A program made the position numbers and the translations under genes. From assembly GCA_053919585.1 (NCBI GenBank), contig CM132827.1: DNA of 64,000 bases; one strand, 5' to 3'. Of the stretch, positions 1 through 12,900 are shown in pieces (the stretch's first letter is position 1; every line of letters begins with the position of its first letter). Under the pieces are notes generated by a model, which was not told where the DNA came from, ran no database searches, and was given only the letters and a program-made list of their open reading frames with translations. This DNA is from Euprymna scolopes (lineage: Eukaryota).

Positions 1-37
1 ATTGAACTAAGGCATGGTTCTAAAACAAGATTTCAAC

Positions 38-47
38 TCGGCGCCGA
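38..47. other. 10-bp palindrome TCGGCGCCGA (KasI/NarI GGCGCC core), monomer positions 38-47; first copy given
   Basis: Self-reverse-complementary. Present in most monomers and broken by the G40A variant. Confidence 0.9.
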
Positions 48-3000
48 AGAAGACGGACGCATGTAATCTCGCTCCGTGTCTATTGAACTAAGGCATGGTT
101 CTTAAACAAGATTTCAACTCGGCGCCGAAGAAGACGGACGCATGTAATCTCGCTCCGTGTCTATTGAACTAAGGCATGGTTCTAAAACAAGATTTCAACT
201 CGGCGCCGAAGAAGACGGACGCATGTAATCTCGCTCCGTGCCTATTGAACTAAGGCATGGTTCTAAAACAAGATTTCAACTCGGCGCCGAAGAAGACGGA
301 CGCATGTAATCTTGCTCCGTGCCTATTGAACTAAGGCATGGTTCTAAAACAAGATTTCAACTCGGCGCCGAAGAAGACAGACGCATGTAATCTCGCTCCG
401 TGCCTATTGAACTAAGGCATGGTTCTAAAACAAGATTTCAACTCGGCGCCGAAGAAGACAGACGCATGTAATCTCGCTCCGTGCCTATTGAACTAAGGCA
501 TGGTTCTAAAACAAGATTTCCACTCGGCGCCGAAGAAGACGGACGCATGTAATCTCGCTCCGTGCCTATTGAACTAAGGCATGGTTCTAAAACAAGATTT
601 CAACTCGGCGCCGAAGAAGACGGACGCATGTAATCTCGCTCCGTGCCTATTGAACTAAGGCATGGTTCTAAAACAAGATTTCAACTCGGCGCCGAAGAAG
701 ACAGACGCATGTAATCTCGCTCCGTGCCTATTGAACTAAGGCATGGTTCTAAAACAAGATTTCAACTCGGCGCCGAAGAAGACAGACGCATGTAATCTCG
801 CTCCGTGTCTATTGAACTAAGGCATGGTTCTAAAACAAGATTTCAACTCGGCGCCGAAGAAGACGGACGCATGTAATCTCGCTCCGTGCCTATTGAACTA
901 AGGCATGGTTCTAAAACAAGATTTCAACTCGGCGCCGAAGAAGACGGACGCATGTAATCTCGCTCCGTGCCTATTGAACTAAGGCATGGTTCTAAAACAA
1001 GATTTCAACTCGGCGCCGAAGAAGACGGACGCATGTAATCTCGCTCCGTGTCTATTGAACTAAGGCATGGTTCTAAAACAAGATTTCAACTCGGCGCCGA
1101 AGAAGACGGACGCATGTAATCTCGCTCCGTGCCTATTGAACTAAGGCATGGTTCTAAAACAAGATTTCAACTCGGCGCCGGAGAAGACGGACGCATGTAA
1201 TCTCGCTCCGTGCCTATTGAACTAAGGCATGGTTCTAAAACAAGATTTCAACTCGGCGCCGAAGAAGACGGACGCATGTAATCTCGCTCCGTGCCTATTG
1301 AACTAAGGCATGGTTCTAAAACAAGATTTCAACTCGGCGCCGAAGAAGACGGACGCATGTAATCTCGCTCCGTGCCTATTGAACTAAGGCATGGTTCTAA
1401 AACAAGATTTCAACTCGGCGCCGAAGAAGACGGACGCATGTAATCTCGCTCCGTGCCTATTGAACTAAGGCATGGTTCTAAAACAAGATTTCAACTCGGC
1501 GCCGAAGAAGACGGACGCATGTAATCTCGCTCCGTGCCTATTGAACTAAGGCATGGTTCTAAAACAAGATTTCAACTCGGCGCCGAAGAAGACGGACGCA
1601 TGTAATCTCGCTCCGTGCCTATTGAACTAAGGCATGGTTCTAAAACAAGATTTCAACTCGGCGCCGAAGAAGACGGACGCATGTAATCTCGCTCCGTGCC
1701 TATTGAACTAAGGCATGGTTCTAAAACAAGATTTCAACTCGGCGCCGAAGAAGACGGACGCATGTAATCTCGCTCCGTGCCTATTGAACTAAGGCATGGT
1801 TCTAAAACAAGATTTCAACTCGGCGCCGAAGAAGACGGACGCATGTAATCTCGCTCTGTGCCTATTGAACTAAGGCATGGTTCTAAAACAAGATTTCAAC
1901 TCGGCGCCGAAGAAGACGGACGCATGTAATCTCGCTCCGTGCCTATTGAACTAAGGCATGGTTCTAAAACAAGATTTCAACTCGGCGCCGAAGAAGACGG
2001 ACGCATGTAATCTCGCTCCGTGCCTATTGAACTAAGGCATGGTTCTAAAACAAGATTTCAACTCGGCGCCGAAGAAGACGGACGCATGTAATCTCGCTCC
2101 GTGCCTATTGAACTAAGGCATGGTTCTAAAACAAGATTTCAACTCGGCGCCGAAGAAGACGGACGCATGTAATCTCGCTCCGTGCCTATTGAACTAAGGC
2201 ATGGTTCTAAAACAAGATTTCAACTCGGCGCCGAAGAAGACGGACGCATGTAATCTCGCTCCGTGCCTATTGAACTAAGGCATGGTTCTAAAACAAGATT
2301 TCAACTCGGCGCCGAAGAAGACGGACGCATGTAATCTCGCTCCGTGCCTATTGAACTAAGGCATGGTTCTAAAACAAGATTTCAACTCGGCGCCGAAGAA
2401 GACGGACGCATGTAATCTCGCTCCGTGCCTATTGAACTAAGGCATGGTTCTAAAACAAGATTTCAACTCGGCGCCGAAGAAGACGGACGCATGTAATCTC
2501 GCTCCGTGCCTATTGAACTAAGGCATGGTTCTAAAACAAGATTTCAACTCGGCGCCGAAGAAGACGGACGCATGTAATCTCGCTCCGTGTCTATTGAACT
2601 AAGGCATGGTTCTAAAACAAGATTTCAACTCGGCGCCGAAGAAGACAGACGCATGTAATCTCGCTCCGTGCCTATTGAACTAAGGCATGGTTCTAAAACA
2701 AGATTTCAACTCGGCGCCGAAGAAGACAGACGCATGTAATCTCGCTCCGTGTCTATTGAACTAAGGCATGGTTCTAAAACAAGATTTCAACTCGGCGCCG
2801 AAGAAGACGGACGCATGTAATCTCGCTCCGTGCCTATTGAACTAAGGCATGGTTCTAAAACAAGATTTCAACTCGGCGCCGAAGAAGACGGACGCATGTA
2901 ATCTCGCTCCGTGCCTGTTGAACTAAGGCATGGTTCTAAAACAAGATTTCAACTCGGCGCCGAAGAAGACGGACGCATGTAATCTCGCTCCGTGCCTATT

Positions 3001-3959
3001 GAACTAAGGCATGGTTCTAAAACAAGATTTCAACTCGGCGCCGAAGAAGACGGACGCATGTAATCTCGCTCCGTGCCTATTGAACTAAGGCATGGTTCTA
3101 AAACAAGATTTCAACTCGGCGCCGAAGAAGTCAGACGCATGTAATCTCGCTCCGTGCCTATTGAACTAAGGCATTGTTCTAAAACAAGATTTCAACTCGG
3201 CGCCGAAGAAGACAGACGCATGTAATCTCGTTCCGTGCCTATTGACATAAGGCATGGTTCTAAAACAAGATTTCAACTCGGCGCCGAAGAAGACAGACGC
3301 ATGTAATCTCGCTCCGTGTCTATTGAACTAAGGCATGGTTCTAAAACAAGATTTCAACTCGGCGCCGAAGAAGACGGACGCATGTAATCTCGCTCCGTGT
3401 CTATTGAACTAAGGCATGGTTCTAAAACAAGAGTTCAACTCGGCGCCGAAGAAGACAGACGCATGTAATCTCGCTCCGTGTCTATTGAACTAAGGCATGG
3501 TTCTAAAACAAGATTTCAACTCGGCGCCGAAGAAGACGGACGCATGTAATCTCGCTCCGTGCCTATTGAACTAAGGCATGGTTCTAAAACAAGATTTCAA
3601 CTCGGCGCCGAAGAAGACAGACGCATGTAATCTCGCTCCGTGTCTATTGAACTAAGGCATGGTTCTAAAACAAGATTTCAACTCGGCGCCGAAGAAGACA
3701 GACGCATGTAATCTCGCTCCGTGTCTATTGAACTAAGGCATGGTTCTAAAACAAGATTTCAACTCGGCGCCGAAGAAGACGGACGCATGTAATCTCGCTC
3801 CGTGTCTATTGAACTAAGGCATGGTTCTAAAACAAGATTTCAACTCGGCGCCGAAGAAGACGGACGCATGTAATCTCGCTCCGTGTCTATTGAACTAAGG
3901 CATGGTTCTAAAACAAGATTTCAACTCGGCGCCGAAGAAGACGGACGCATGTAATCTCG

Positions 3960-6900
3960 CTCCGTGTCTATTGAACTAAGGCATGGTTCTTAAACAAGAT
4001 TTCAACTCGGCGCCGAAGAAGACGGACGCATGTAATCTCGCTCCGTGTCTATTGAACTAAGGCATGGTTCTAAAACAAGATTTCAACTCGGCGCCGAAGA
4101 AGAAAGACGCATGTAATCTCGCTCCGTGTCTATTGAACTAAGGCATGGTTCTAAAACAAGATTTCAACTCGGCGCCGAAGAAGACGGACGCATGTAATCT
4201 CGCTCCGTGTCTATTGAACTAAGGCATGGTTCTTAAACAAGATTTCAACTCGGCGCCGAAGAAGAAAGACGCATGTAATCTCGCTCCGTGTCTATTGAAC
4301 TAAGGCATGGTTCTTAAACAAGATTTCAACTCGGCGCCGAAGAAGACGGACGCATGTAATCTCGCTCCGTGTCTATTGAACTAAGGCATGGTTCTAAAAC
4401 AAGATTTCAACTCGGCGCCGAAGAAGAAAGACGCATGTAATCTCGCTCCGTGTCTATTGAACTAAGGCATGGTTCTAAAACAAGATTTCAACTCGGCGCC
4501 GAAGAAGACGGACGCATGTAATCTCGCTCCGTGTCTATTGAACTAAGGCATGGTTCTAAAACAAGATTTCAACTCGGCGCCGAAGAAGACGGACGCATGT
4601 AATCTCGCTCCGTGTCTATTGAACTAAGGCATGGTTCTTAAACAAGATTTCAACTCGGCGCCGAAGAAGACGGACGCATGTAATCTCGCTCCGTGTCTAT
4701 TGAACTAAGGCATGGTTCTTAAACAAGATTTCAACTCGGCGCCGAAGAAGACGGACGCATGTAATCTCGCTCCGTGTCTATTGAACTAAGGCATGGTTCT
4801 AAAACAAGATTTCAACTCGGCGCCGAAGAAGACGGACGCATGTAATCTCGCTCCGTGCCTATTGAACTAAGGCATGGTTCTAAAACAAGATTTCAACTCG
4901 GCGCCGAAGAAGACGGACGCATGTAATCTTGCTCCGTGCCTATTGAACTAAGGCATGGTTCTAAAACAAGATTTCAACTCGGCGCCGAAGAAGACAGACG
5001 CATGTAATCTCGCTCCGTGCCTATTGAACTAAGGCATGGTTCTAAAACAAGATTTCCACTCGGCGCCGAAGAAGACGGACGCATGTAATCTCGCTCCGTG
5101 CCTATTGAACTAAGGCATGGTTCTAAAACAAGATTTCAACTCGGCGCCGAAGAAGACGGACGCATGTAATCTCGCTCCGTGCCTATTGAACTAAGGCATG
5201 GTTCTAAAACAAGATTTCAACTCGGCGCCGAAGAAGACAGACGCATGTAATCTCGCTCCGTGCCTATTGAACTAAGGCATGGTTCTAAAACAAGATTTCA
5301 ACTCGGCGCCGAAGAAGACAGACGCATGTAATCTCGCTCCGTGTCTATTGAACTAAGGCATGGTTCTAAAACAAGATTTCAACTCGGCGCCGAAGAAGAC
5401 GGACGCATGTAATCTCGCTCCGTGCCTATTGAACTAAGGCATGGTTCTAAAACAAGATTTCAACTCGGCGCCGAAGAAGACGGACGCATGTAATCTCGCT
5501 CCGTGCCTATTGAACTAAGGCATGGTTCTAAAACAAGATTTCAACTCGGCGCCGAAGAAGACAGACGCATGTAATCTCGCTCCGTGTCTATTGAACTAAG
5601 GCATGGTTCTAAAACAAGATTTCAACTCGGCGCCGAAGAAGACAGACGCATGTAATCTCGCTCCGTGTCTATTGAACTAAGGCATGGTTCTAAAACAAGA
5701 TTTCAACTCGGCGCCGAAGAAGACGGACGCATGTAATCTCGCTCCGTGTCTATTGAACTAAGGCATGGTTCTAAAACAAGATTTCAACTCGGCGCCGAAG
5801 AAGACGGACGCATGTAATCTCGCTCCGTGTCTATTGAACTAAGGCATGGTTCTAAAACAAGATTTCAACTCGGCGCCGAAGAAGACGGACGCATGTAATC
5901 TCGCTCCGTGTCTATTGAACTAAGGCATGGTTCTTAAACAAGATTTCAACTCGGCGCCGAAGAAGACGGACGCATGTAATCTCGCTCCGTGTCTATTGAA
6001 CTAAGGCATGGTTCTAAAACAAGATTTCAACTCGGCGCCGAAGAAGAAAGACGCATGTAATCTCGCTCCGTGTCTATTGAACTAAGGCATGGTTCTAAAA
6101 CAAGATTTCAACTCGGCGCCGAAGAAGACGGACGCATGTAATCTCGCTCCGTGTCTATTGAACTAAGGCATGGTTCTTAAACAAGATTTCAACTCGGCGC
6201 CGAAGAAGAAAGACGCATGTAATCTCGCTCCGTGTCTATTGAACTAAGGCATGGTTCTTAAACAAGATTTCAACTCGGCGCCGAAGAAGACGGACGCATG
6301 TAATCTCGCTCCGTGTCTATTGAACTAAGGCATGGTTCTAAAACAAGATTTCAACTCGGCGCCGAAGAAGAAAGACGCATGTAATCTCGCTCCGTGTCTA
6401 TTGAACTAAGGCATGGTTCTAAAACAAGATTTCAACTCGGCGCCGAAGAAGACGGACGCATGTAATCTCGCTCCGTGTCTATTGAACTAAGGCATGGTTC
6501 TAAAACAAGATTTCAACTCGGCGCCGAAGAAGACGGACGCATGTAATCTCGCTCCGTGTCTATTGAACTAAGGCATGGTTCTTAAACAAGATTTCAACTC
6601 GGCGCCGAAGAAGACGGACGCATGTAATCTCGCTCCGTGTCTATTGAACTAAGGCATGGTTCTTAAACAAGATTTCAACTCGGCGCCGAAGAAGACGGAC
6701 GCATGTAATCTCGCTCCGTGTCTATTGAACTAAGGCATGGTTCTAAAACAAGATTTCAACTCGGCGCCGAAGAAGACGGACGCATGTAATCTCGCTCCGT
6801 GCCTATTGAACTAAGGCATGGTTCTAAAACAAGATTTCAACTCGGCGCCGAAGAAGACGGACGCATGTAATCTTGCTCCGTGCCTATTGAACTAAGGCAT

Positions 6901-9900
6901 GGTTCTAAAACAAGATTTCAACTCGGCGCCGAAGAAGACAGACGCATGTAATCTCGCTCCGTGCCTATTGAACTAAGGCATGGTTCTAAAACAAGATTTC
7001 CACTCGGCGCCGAAGAAGACGGACGCATGTAATCTCGCTCCGTGCCTATTGAACTAAGGCATGGTTCTAAAACAAGATTTCAACTCGGCGCCGAAGAAGA
7101 CGGACGCATGTAATCTCGCTCCGTGCCTATTGAACTAAGGCATGGTTCTAAAACAAGATTTCAACTCGGCGCCGAAGAAGACAGACGCATGTAATCTCGC
7201 TCCGTGCCTATTGAACTAAGGCATGGTTCTAAAACAAGATTTCAACTCGGCGCCGAAGAAGACAGACGCATGTAATCTCGCTCCGTGTCTATTGAACTAA
7301 GGCATGGTTCTAAAACAAGATTTCAACTCGGCGCCGAAGAAGACGGACGCATGTAATCTCGCTCCGTGCCTATTGAACTAAGGCATGGTTCTAAAACAAG
7401 ATTTCAACTCGGCGCCGAAGAAGACGGACGCATGTAATCTCGCTCCGTGCCTATTGAACTAAGGCATGGTTCTAAAACAAGATTTCAACTCGGCGCCGAA
7501 GAAGACAGACGCATGTAATCTCGCTCCGTGTCTATTGAACTAAGGCATGGTTCTAAAACAAGATTTCAACTCGGCGCCGAAGAAGACGGACGCATGTAAT
7601 CTCGCTCCGTGCCTATTGAACTAAGGCATGGTTCTAAAACAAGATTTAAACTCGGCGCCGAAGAAGACAGACGCATGTAATCTCGCTCCGTGTCTATTGA
7701 ACTAAGGCATGGTTCTAAAACAAGATTTCAACTCGGCGCCGAAGAAGACGGATGCATGTAATCTCGCTCCGTGCCTATTGAACTAAGGCATGGTTCTAAA
7801 ACAAGATTTCAACTCGGCGCCGAAGAAGACGGACGCATGTAATCTCGCTCCGTGTCTATTGAACTAAGGCATGGTTCTAAAACAAGATTTCAACTCGGCG
7901 CCGAAGAAGACGGACGCATGTAATCTCGCTCCGTGCCTATTGAACTAAGGCATGGTTCTAAAACAAGATTTCAACTCGGCGCCGAAGAAGACGGACGCAT
8001 GTAATCTCGCTCCGTGTCTATTGAACTAAGGCATGGTTCTAAAACAAGATTTCAACTCGGCGCCGAAGAAGAAAGACGCATGTAATCTCGCTCCGTGTCT
8101 ATTGAACTAAGGCATGGTTCTAAAACAAGATTTCAACTCGGCGCCGAAGAAGACGGACGCATGTAATCTCGCTCCGTGTCTATTGAACTAAGGCATGGTT
8201 CTTAAACAAGATTTCAACTCGGCGCCGAAGAAGAAAGACGCATGTAATCTCGCTCCGTGTCTATTGAACTAAGGCATGGTTCTTAAACAAGATTTCAACT
8301 CGGCGCCGAAGAAGACGGACGCATGTAATCTCGCTCCGTGTCTATTGAACTAAGGCATGGTTCTAAAACAAGATTTCAACTCGGCGCCGAAGAAGAAAGA
8401 CGCATGTAATCTCGCTCCGTGTCTATTGAACTAAGGCATGGTTCTAAAACAAGATTTCAACTCGGCGCCGAAGAAGACGGACGCATGTAATCTCGCTCCG
8501 TGTCTATTGAACTAAGGCATGGTTCTAAAACAAGATTTCAACTCGGCGCCGAAGAAGACGGACGCATGTAATCTCGCTCCGTGTCTATTGAACTAAGGCA
8601 TGGTTCTTAAACAAGATTTCAACTCGGCGCCGAAGAAGACGGACGCATGTAATCTCGCTCCGTGTCTATTGAACTAAGGCATGGTTCTTAAACAAGATTT
8701 CAACTCGGCGCCGAAGAAGACGGACGCATGTAATCTCGCTCCGTGTCTATTGAACTAAGGCATGGTTCTAAAACAAGATTTCAACTCGGCGCCGAAGAAG
8801 ACGGACGCATGTAATCTCGCTCCGTGCCTATTGAACTAAGGCATGGTTCTAAAACAAGATTTCAACTCGGCGCCGAAGAAGACGGACGCATGTAATCTTG
8901 CTCCGTGCCTATTGAACTAAGGCATGGTTCTAAAACAAGATTTCAACTCGGCGCCGAAGAAGACAGACGCATGTAATCTCGCTCCGTGCCTATTGAACTA
9001 AGGCATGGTTCTAAAACAAGATTTCCACTCGGCGCCGAAGAAGACGGACGCATGTAATCTCGCTCCGTGCCTATTGAACTAAGGCATGGTTCTAAAACAA
9101 GATTTCAACTCGGCGCCGAAGAAGACGGACGCATGTAATCTCGCTCCGTGCCTATTGAACTAAGGCATGGTTCTAAAACAAGATTTCAACTCGGCGCCGA
9201 AGAAGACAGACGCATGTAATCTCGCTCCGTGCCTATTGAACTAAGGCATGGTTCTAAAACAAGATTTCAACTCGGCGCCGAAGAAGACAGACGCATGTAA
9301 TCTCGCTCCGTGTCTATTGAACTAAGGCATGGTTCTAAAACAAGATTTCAACTCGGCGCCGAAGAAGACGGACGCATGTAATCTCGCTCCGTGCCTATTG
9401 AACTAAGGCATGGTTCTAAAACAAGATTTCAACTCGGCGCCGAAGAAGACGGACGCATGTAATCTCGCTCCGTGCCTATTGAACTAAGGCATGGTTCTAA
9501 AACAAGATTTCAACTCGGCGCCGAAGAAGACAGACGCATGTAATCTCGCTCCGTGTCTATTGAACTAAGGCATGGTTCTAAAACAAGATTTCAACTCGGC
9601 GCCGAAGAAGACGGACGCATGTAATCTCGCTCCGTGCCTATTGAACTAAGGCATGGTTCTAAAACAAGATTTAAACTCGGCGCCGAAGAAGACAGACGCA
9701 TGTAATCTCGCTCCGTGTCTATTGAACTAAGGCATGGTTCTAAAACAAGATTTCAACTCGGCGCCGAAGAAGACGGATGCATGTAATCTCGCTCCGTGCC
9801 TATTGAACTAAGGCATGGTTCTAAAACAAGATTTCAACTCGGCGCCGAAGAAGACAGACGCATGTAATCTCGCTCCGTGTCTATTGAACTAAGGCATGGT
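3960..9900. repeat. Three related blocks with 24- and 25-monomer offsets
   Basis: C54A (AGAAAGAC) at 4104/6048/8073, C70T at 4930/6874/8899 and A35C at 5057/7001/9026. Offsets are 1944 (24x81) and 2025 (25x81). Confidence 0.9.
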
Positions 9901-12900
9901 TCTAAAACAAGATTTCAACTCGGCGCCGAAGAAGACGGACGCATGTAATCTCGCTCCGTGCCTATTGAACTAAGGCATGGTTCTAAAACAAGATTTCAAC
10001 TCGGCGCCGAAGAAGACGGACGCATGTAATCTCGCTCCGTGTCTATTGAACTAAGGCATGGTTCTAAAACAAGATTTCAACTCGGCGCCGAAGAAGACGG
10101 ACGCATGTAATCTCGCTCCGTGCCTATTGAACTAAGGCATGGTTCTAAAACAAGATTTCAACTCGGCGCCGAAGAAGACGGACGCATGTAATCTCGCTCC
10201 GTGCCTATTGAACTAAGGCATGGTTCTAAAACAAGATTTCAACTCGGCGCCGAAGAAGACGGACGCATGTAATCTCGCTCCGTGCCTATTGAACTAAGGC
10301 ATGGTTCTAAAACAAGATTTCAACTCGGCGCCGAAGAAGACGGACGCATGTAATCTCGCTCCGTGCCTATTGAACTAAGGCATGTTTCTAAAACAAGATT
10401 TCAACTCGGCGCCGAAGAAGACGGACGCATGTAATCTCGCTCCGTGCCTATTGAACTAAGGCATGGTTCTAAAACAAGATTTCAACTCGGCGCCGAAGAA
10501 GACGGACGCATGTAATCTCGCTCCGTGCCTATTGAACTAAGGCATGGTTCTAAAACAAGATTTCAACTCGGCGCCGAAGAAGACGGACGCATGTAATCTC
10601 GCTCCGTGCCTATTGAACTAAGGCATGGTTCTAAAACAAGATTTAAACTCGGCGCCGAAGAAGACGGACGCATGTAATCTCGCTCCGTGCCTATTGAACT
10701 AAGGCATGGTTCTAAAACAAGATTTCAACTCGGCGCCGAAGAAGACGGACGCATGTAATCTCGCTCCGTGCCTATTGAACTAAGGCATGGTTCTAAAACA
10801 AGATTTCAACTCGGCGCCGAAGAAGACGGACGCATGTAATCTCGCTCCGTGCCTATTGAACTAAGGCATGGTTCTAAAACAAGATTTCAACTCGGCGCCG
10901 AAGAAGACGGACGCATGTAATCTCGCTCCGTGCCTATTGAACTAAGGCATGGTTCTAAAACAAGATTTCAACTCGGCGCCGAAGAAGACGGACGCATGTA
11001 ATCTCGCTCCGTGCCTATTGAAGTAAGGCATGGTTCTAAAACAAGATTTCAACTCGGCGCCGAAGAAGACGGACGCATGTAATCTCGCTCCGTGCCTATT
11101 GAACTAAGGCATGGTTCTAAAACAAGATTTCAACTCGGCGCCGAAGAAGACGGACGCATGTAATCTCGCTCCGTGCCTATTGAACTAAGGCATGGTTCTA
11201 AAACAAGATTTCAACTCGGCGCCGAAGAAGACGGACGCATGTAATCTCGCTCCGTGCCTATTGAACTAAGGCATGGTTCTAAAACAAGATTTCAACTCGG
11301 CGCCGAAGAAGACGGACGCATGTAATCTCGCTCCGTGCCTAATGAACTAAGCATGGTTCTAAAACAAGATTTCAACTCGGCGCCGAAGAAGACGGACGCA
11401 TGTAATCTCGCTCCGTGCCTATTGAACTAAGGCATGGTTCTAAAACAAGATTTCAACTCGGCGCCGAAGAAGACGGACGCATGTAATCTCGCTCCGTGCC
11501 TATTGAACTAAGGCATGGTTCTAAAACAAGATTTCAACTCGGCGCCGAAGAAGACGGACGCATGTAATCTCGCTCCGTGCCTATTGAACTAAGGCATGGT
11601 TCTAAAACAAGATTTCAACTCGGCGCCGAAGAAGACGGACGCATGTAATCTCGATCCGTGCCTGTTGAACTAAGGCATGGTTCTAAAACAAGATTTCAAC
11701 TCGGCGCCGAAGAAGACGGACGCATGTAATCTCGCTCCGTGCCTATTGAACTAAGGCATGGTTCTAAAACAAGATTTCAACTCGGGNNNNNNNNNNNNNN
11801 NNNNNNNNNNNNNNNNNNNNNNNNNNNNNNNNNNNNNNNNNNNNNNNNNNNNNNNNNNNNNNNNNNNNNNNNNNNNNNNNNNNNNNTCGGCGCCGAAGAA
11901 GACGGACGCATGTAATCTCGCTCCGTGCCTATTGAACTAAGGCATGGTTCTAAAACAAGATTTCAACTCGGCGCCGAAGAAGACAGACGCATGTAATCTC
12001 GCTCCGTGCCTATTGAACTAAGGCATGGTTCTTAAACAAGATTTCAACTCGGCGCCGAAGAAGACGGACGCATGTAATCTCGCTCCGTGCCTATTGAACT
12101 AAGGCATGGTTCTAAAACAAGATTTCAACTCGGCGCCGAAGAAGACGGACGCATGTAATCTTGCTCCGTGCCTATTGAACTAAGGCATGGTTCTAAAACA
12201 AGATTTCAACTCGGCGCCGAAGAAGACAGACGCATGTAATCTCGCTCCGTGCCTATTGAACTAAGGCATGGTTCTAAAACAAGATTTCCACTCGGCGCCG
12301 AAGAAGACGGACGCATGTAATCTCGCTCCGTGCCTATTGAACTAAGGCATGGTTCTAAAACAAGATTTCAACTCGGCGCCGAAGAAGACGGACGCATGTA
12401 ATCTCGCTCCGTGCCTATTGAACTAAGGCATGGTTCTAAAACAAGATTTCAACTCGGCGCCGAAGAAGACAGACGCATGTAATCTCGCTCCGTGCCTATT
12501 GAACTAAGGCATGGTTCTAAAACAAGATTTCAACTCGGCGCCGAAGAAGACAGACGCATGTAATCTCGCTCCGTGTCTATTGAACTAAGGCATGGTTCTA
12601 AAACAAGATTTCAACTCGGCGCCGAAGAAGACGGACGCATGTAATCTCGCTCCGTGCCTATTGAACTAAGGCATGGTTCTAAAACAAGATTTCAACTCGG
12701 CGCCGAAGAAGACGGACGCATGTAATCTCGCTCCGTGCCTATTGAACTAAGGCATGGTTCTAAAACAAGATTTCAACTCGGCGCCGAAGAAGACGGACGC
12801 ATGTAATCTCGCTCCGTGTCTATTGAACTAAGGCATGGTTCTAAAACAAGATTTCAACTCGGCGCCGAAGAAGACGGACGCATGTAATCTCGCTCCGTGC

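Noticed and set aside
16-26. tRNA/SINE origin (GGTTCTAAAAC as a Pol III B box; tRNA-like length)
   Set aside because: It mismatches GTTCRANNC at two positions, and no convincing A box or cloverleaf is visible.
53-94. EGF-like appearance of TDACNLAPCLLN
   Set aside because: Only two cysteines per unit and an immediate stop; too short to support homology.
11758-11940. 60-aa ORF in the ORF track
   Set aside because: It reaches 60 codons only because it reads through 100 N; the flanks are pieces of the monomer mini-ORF.
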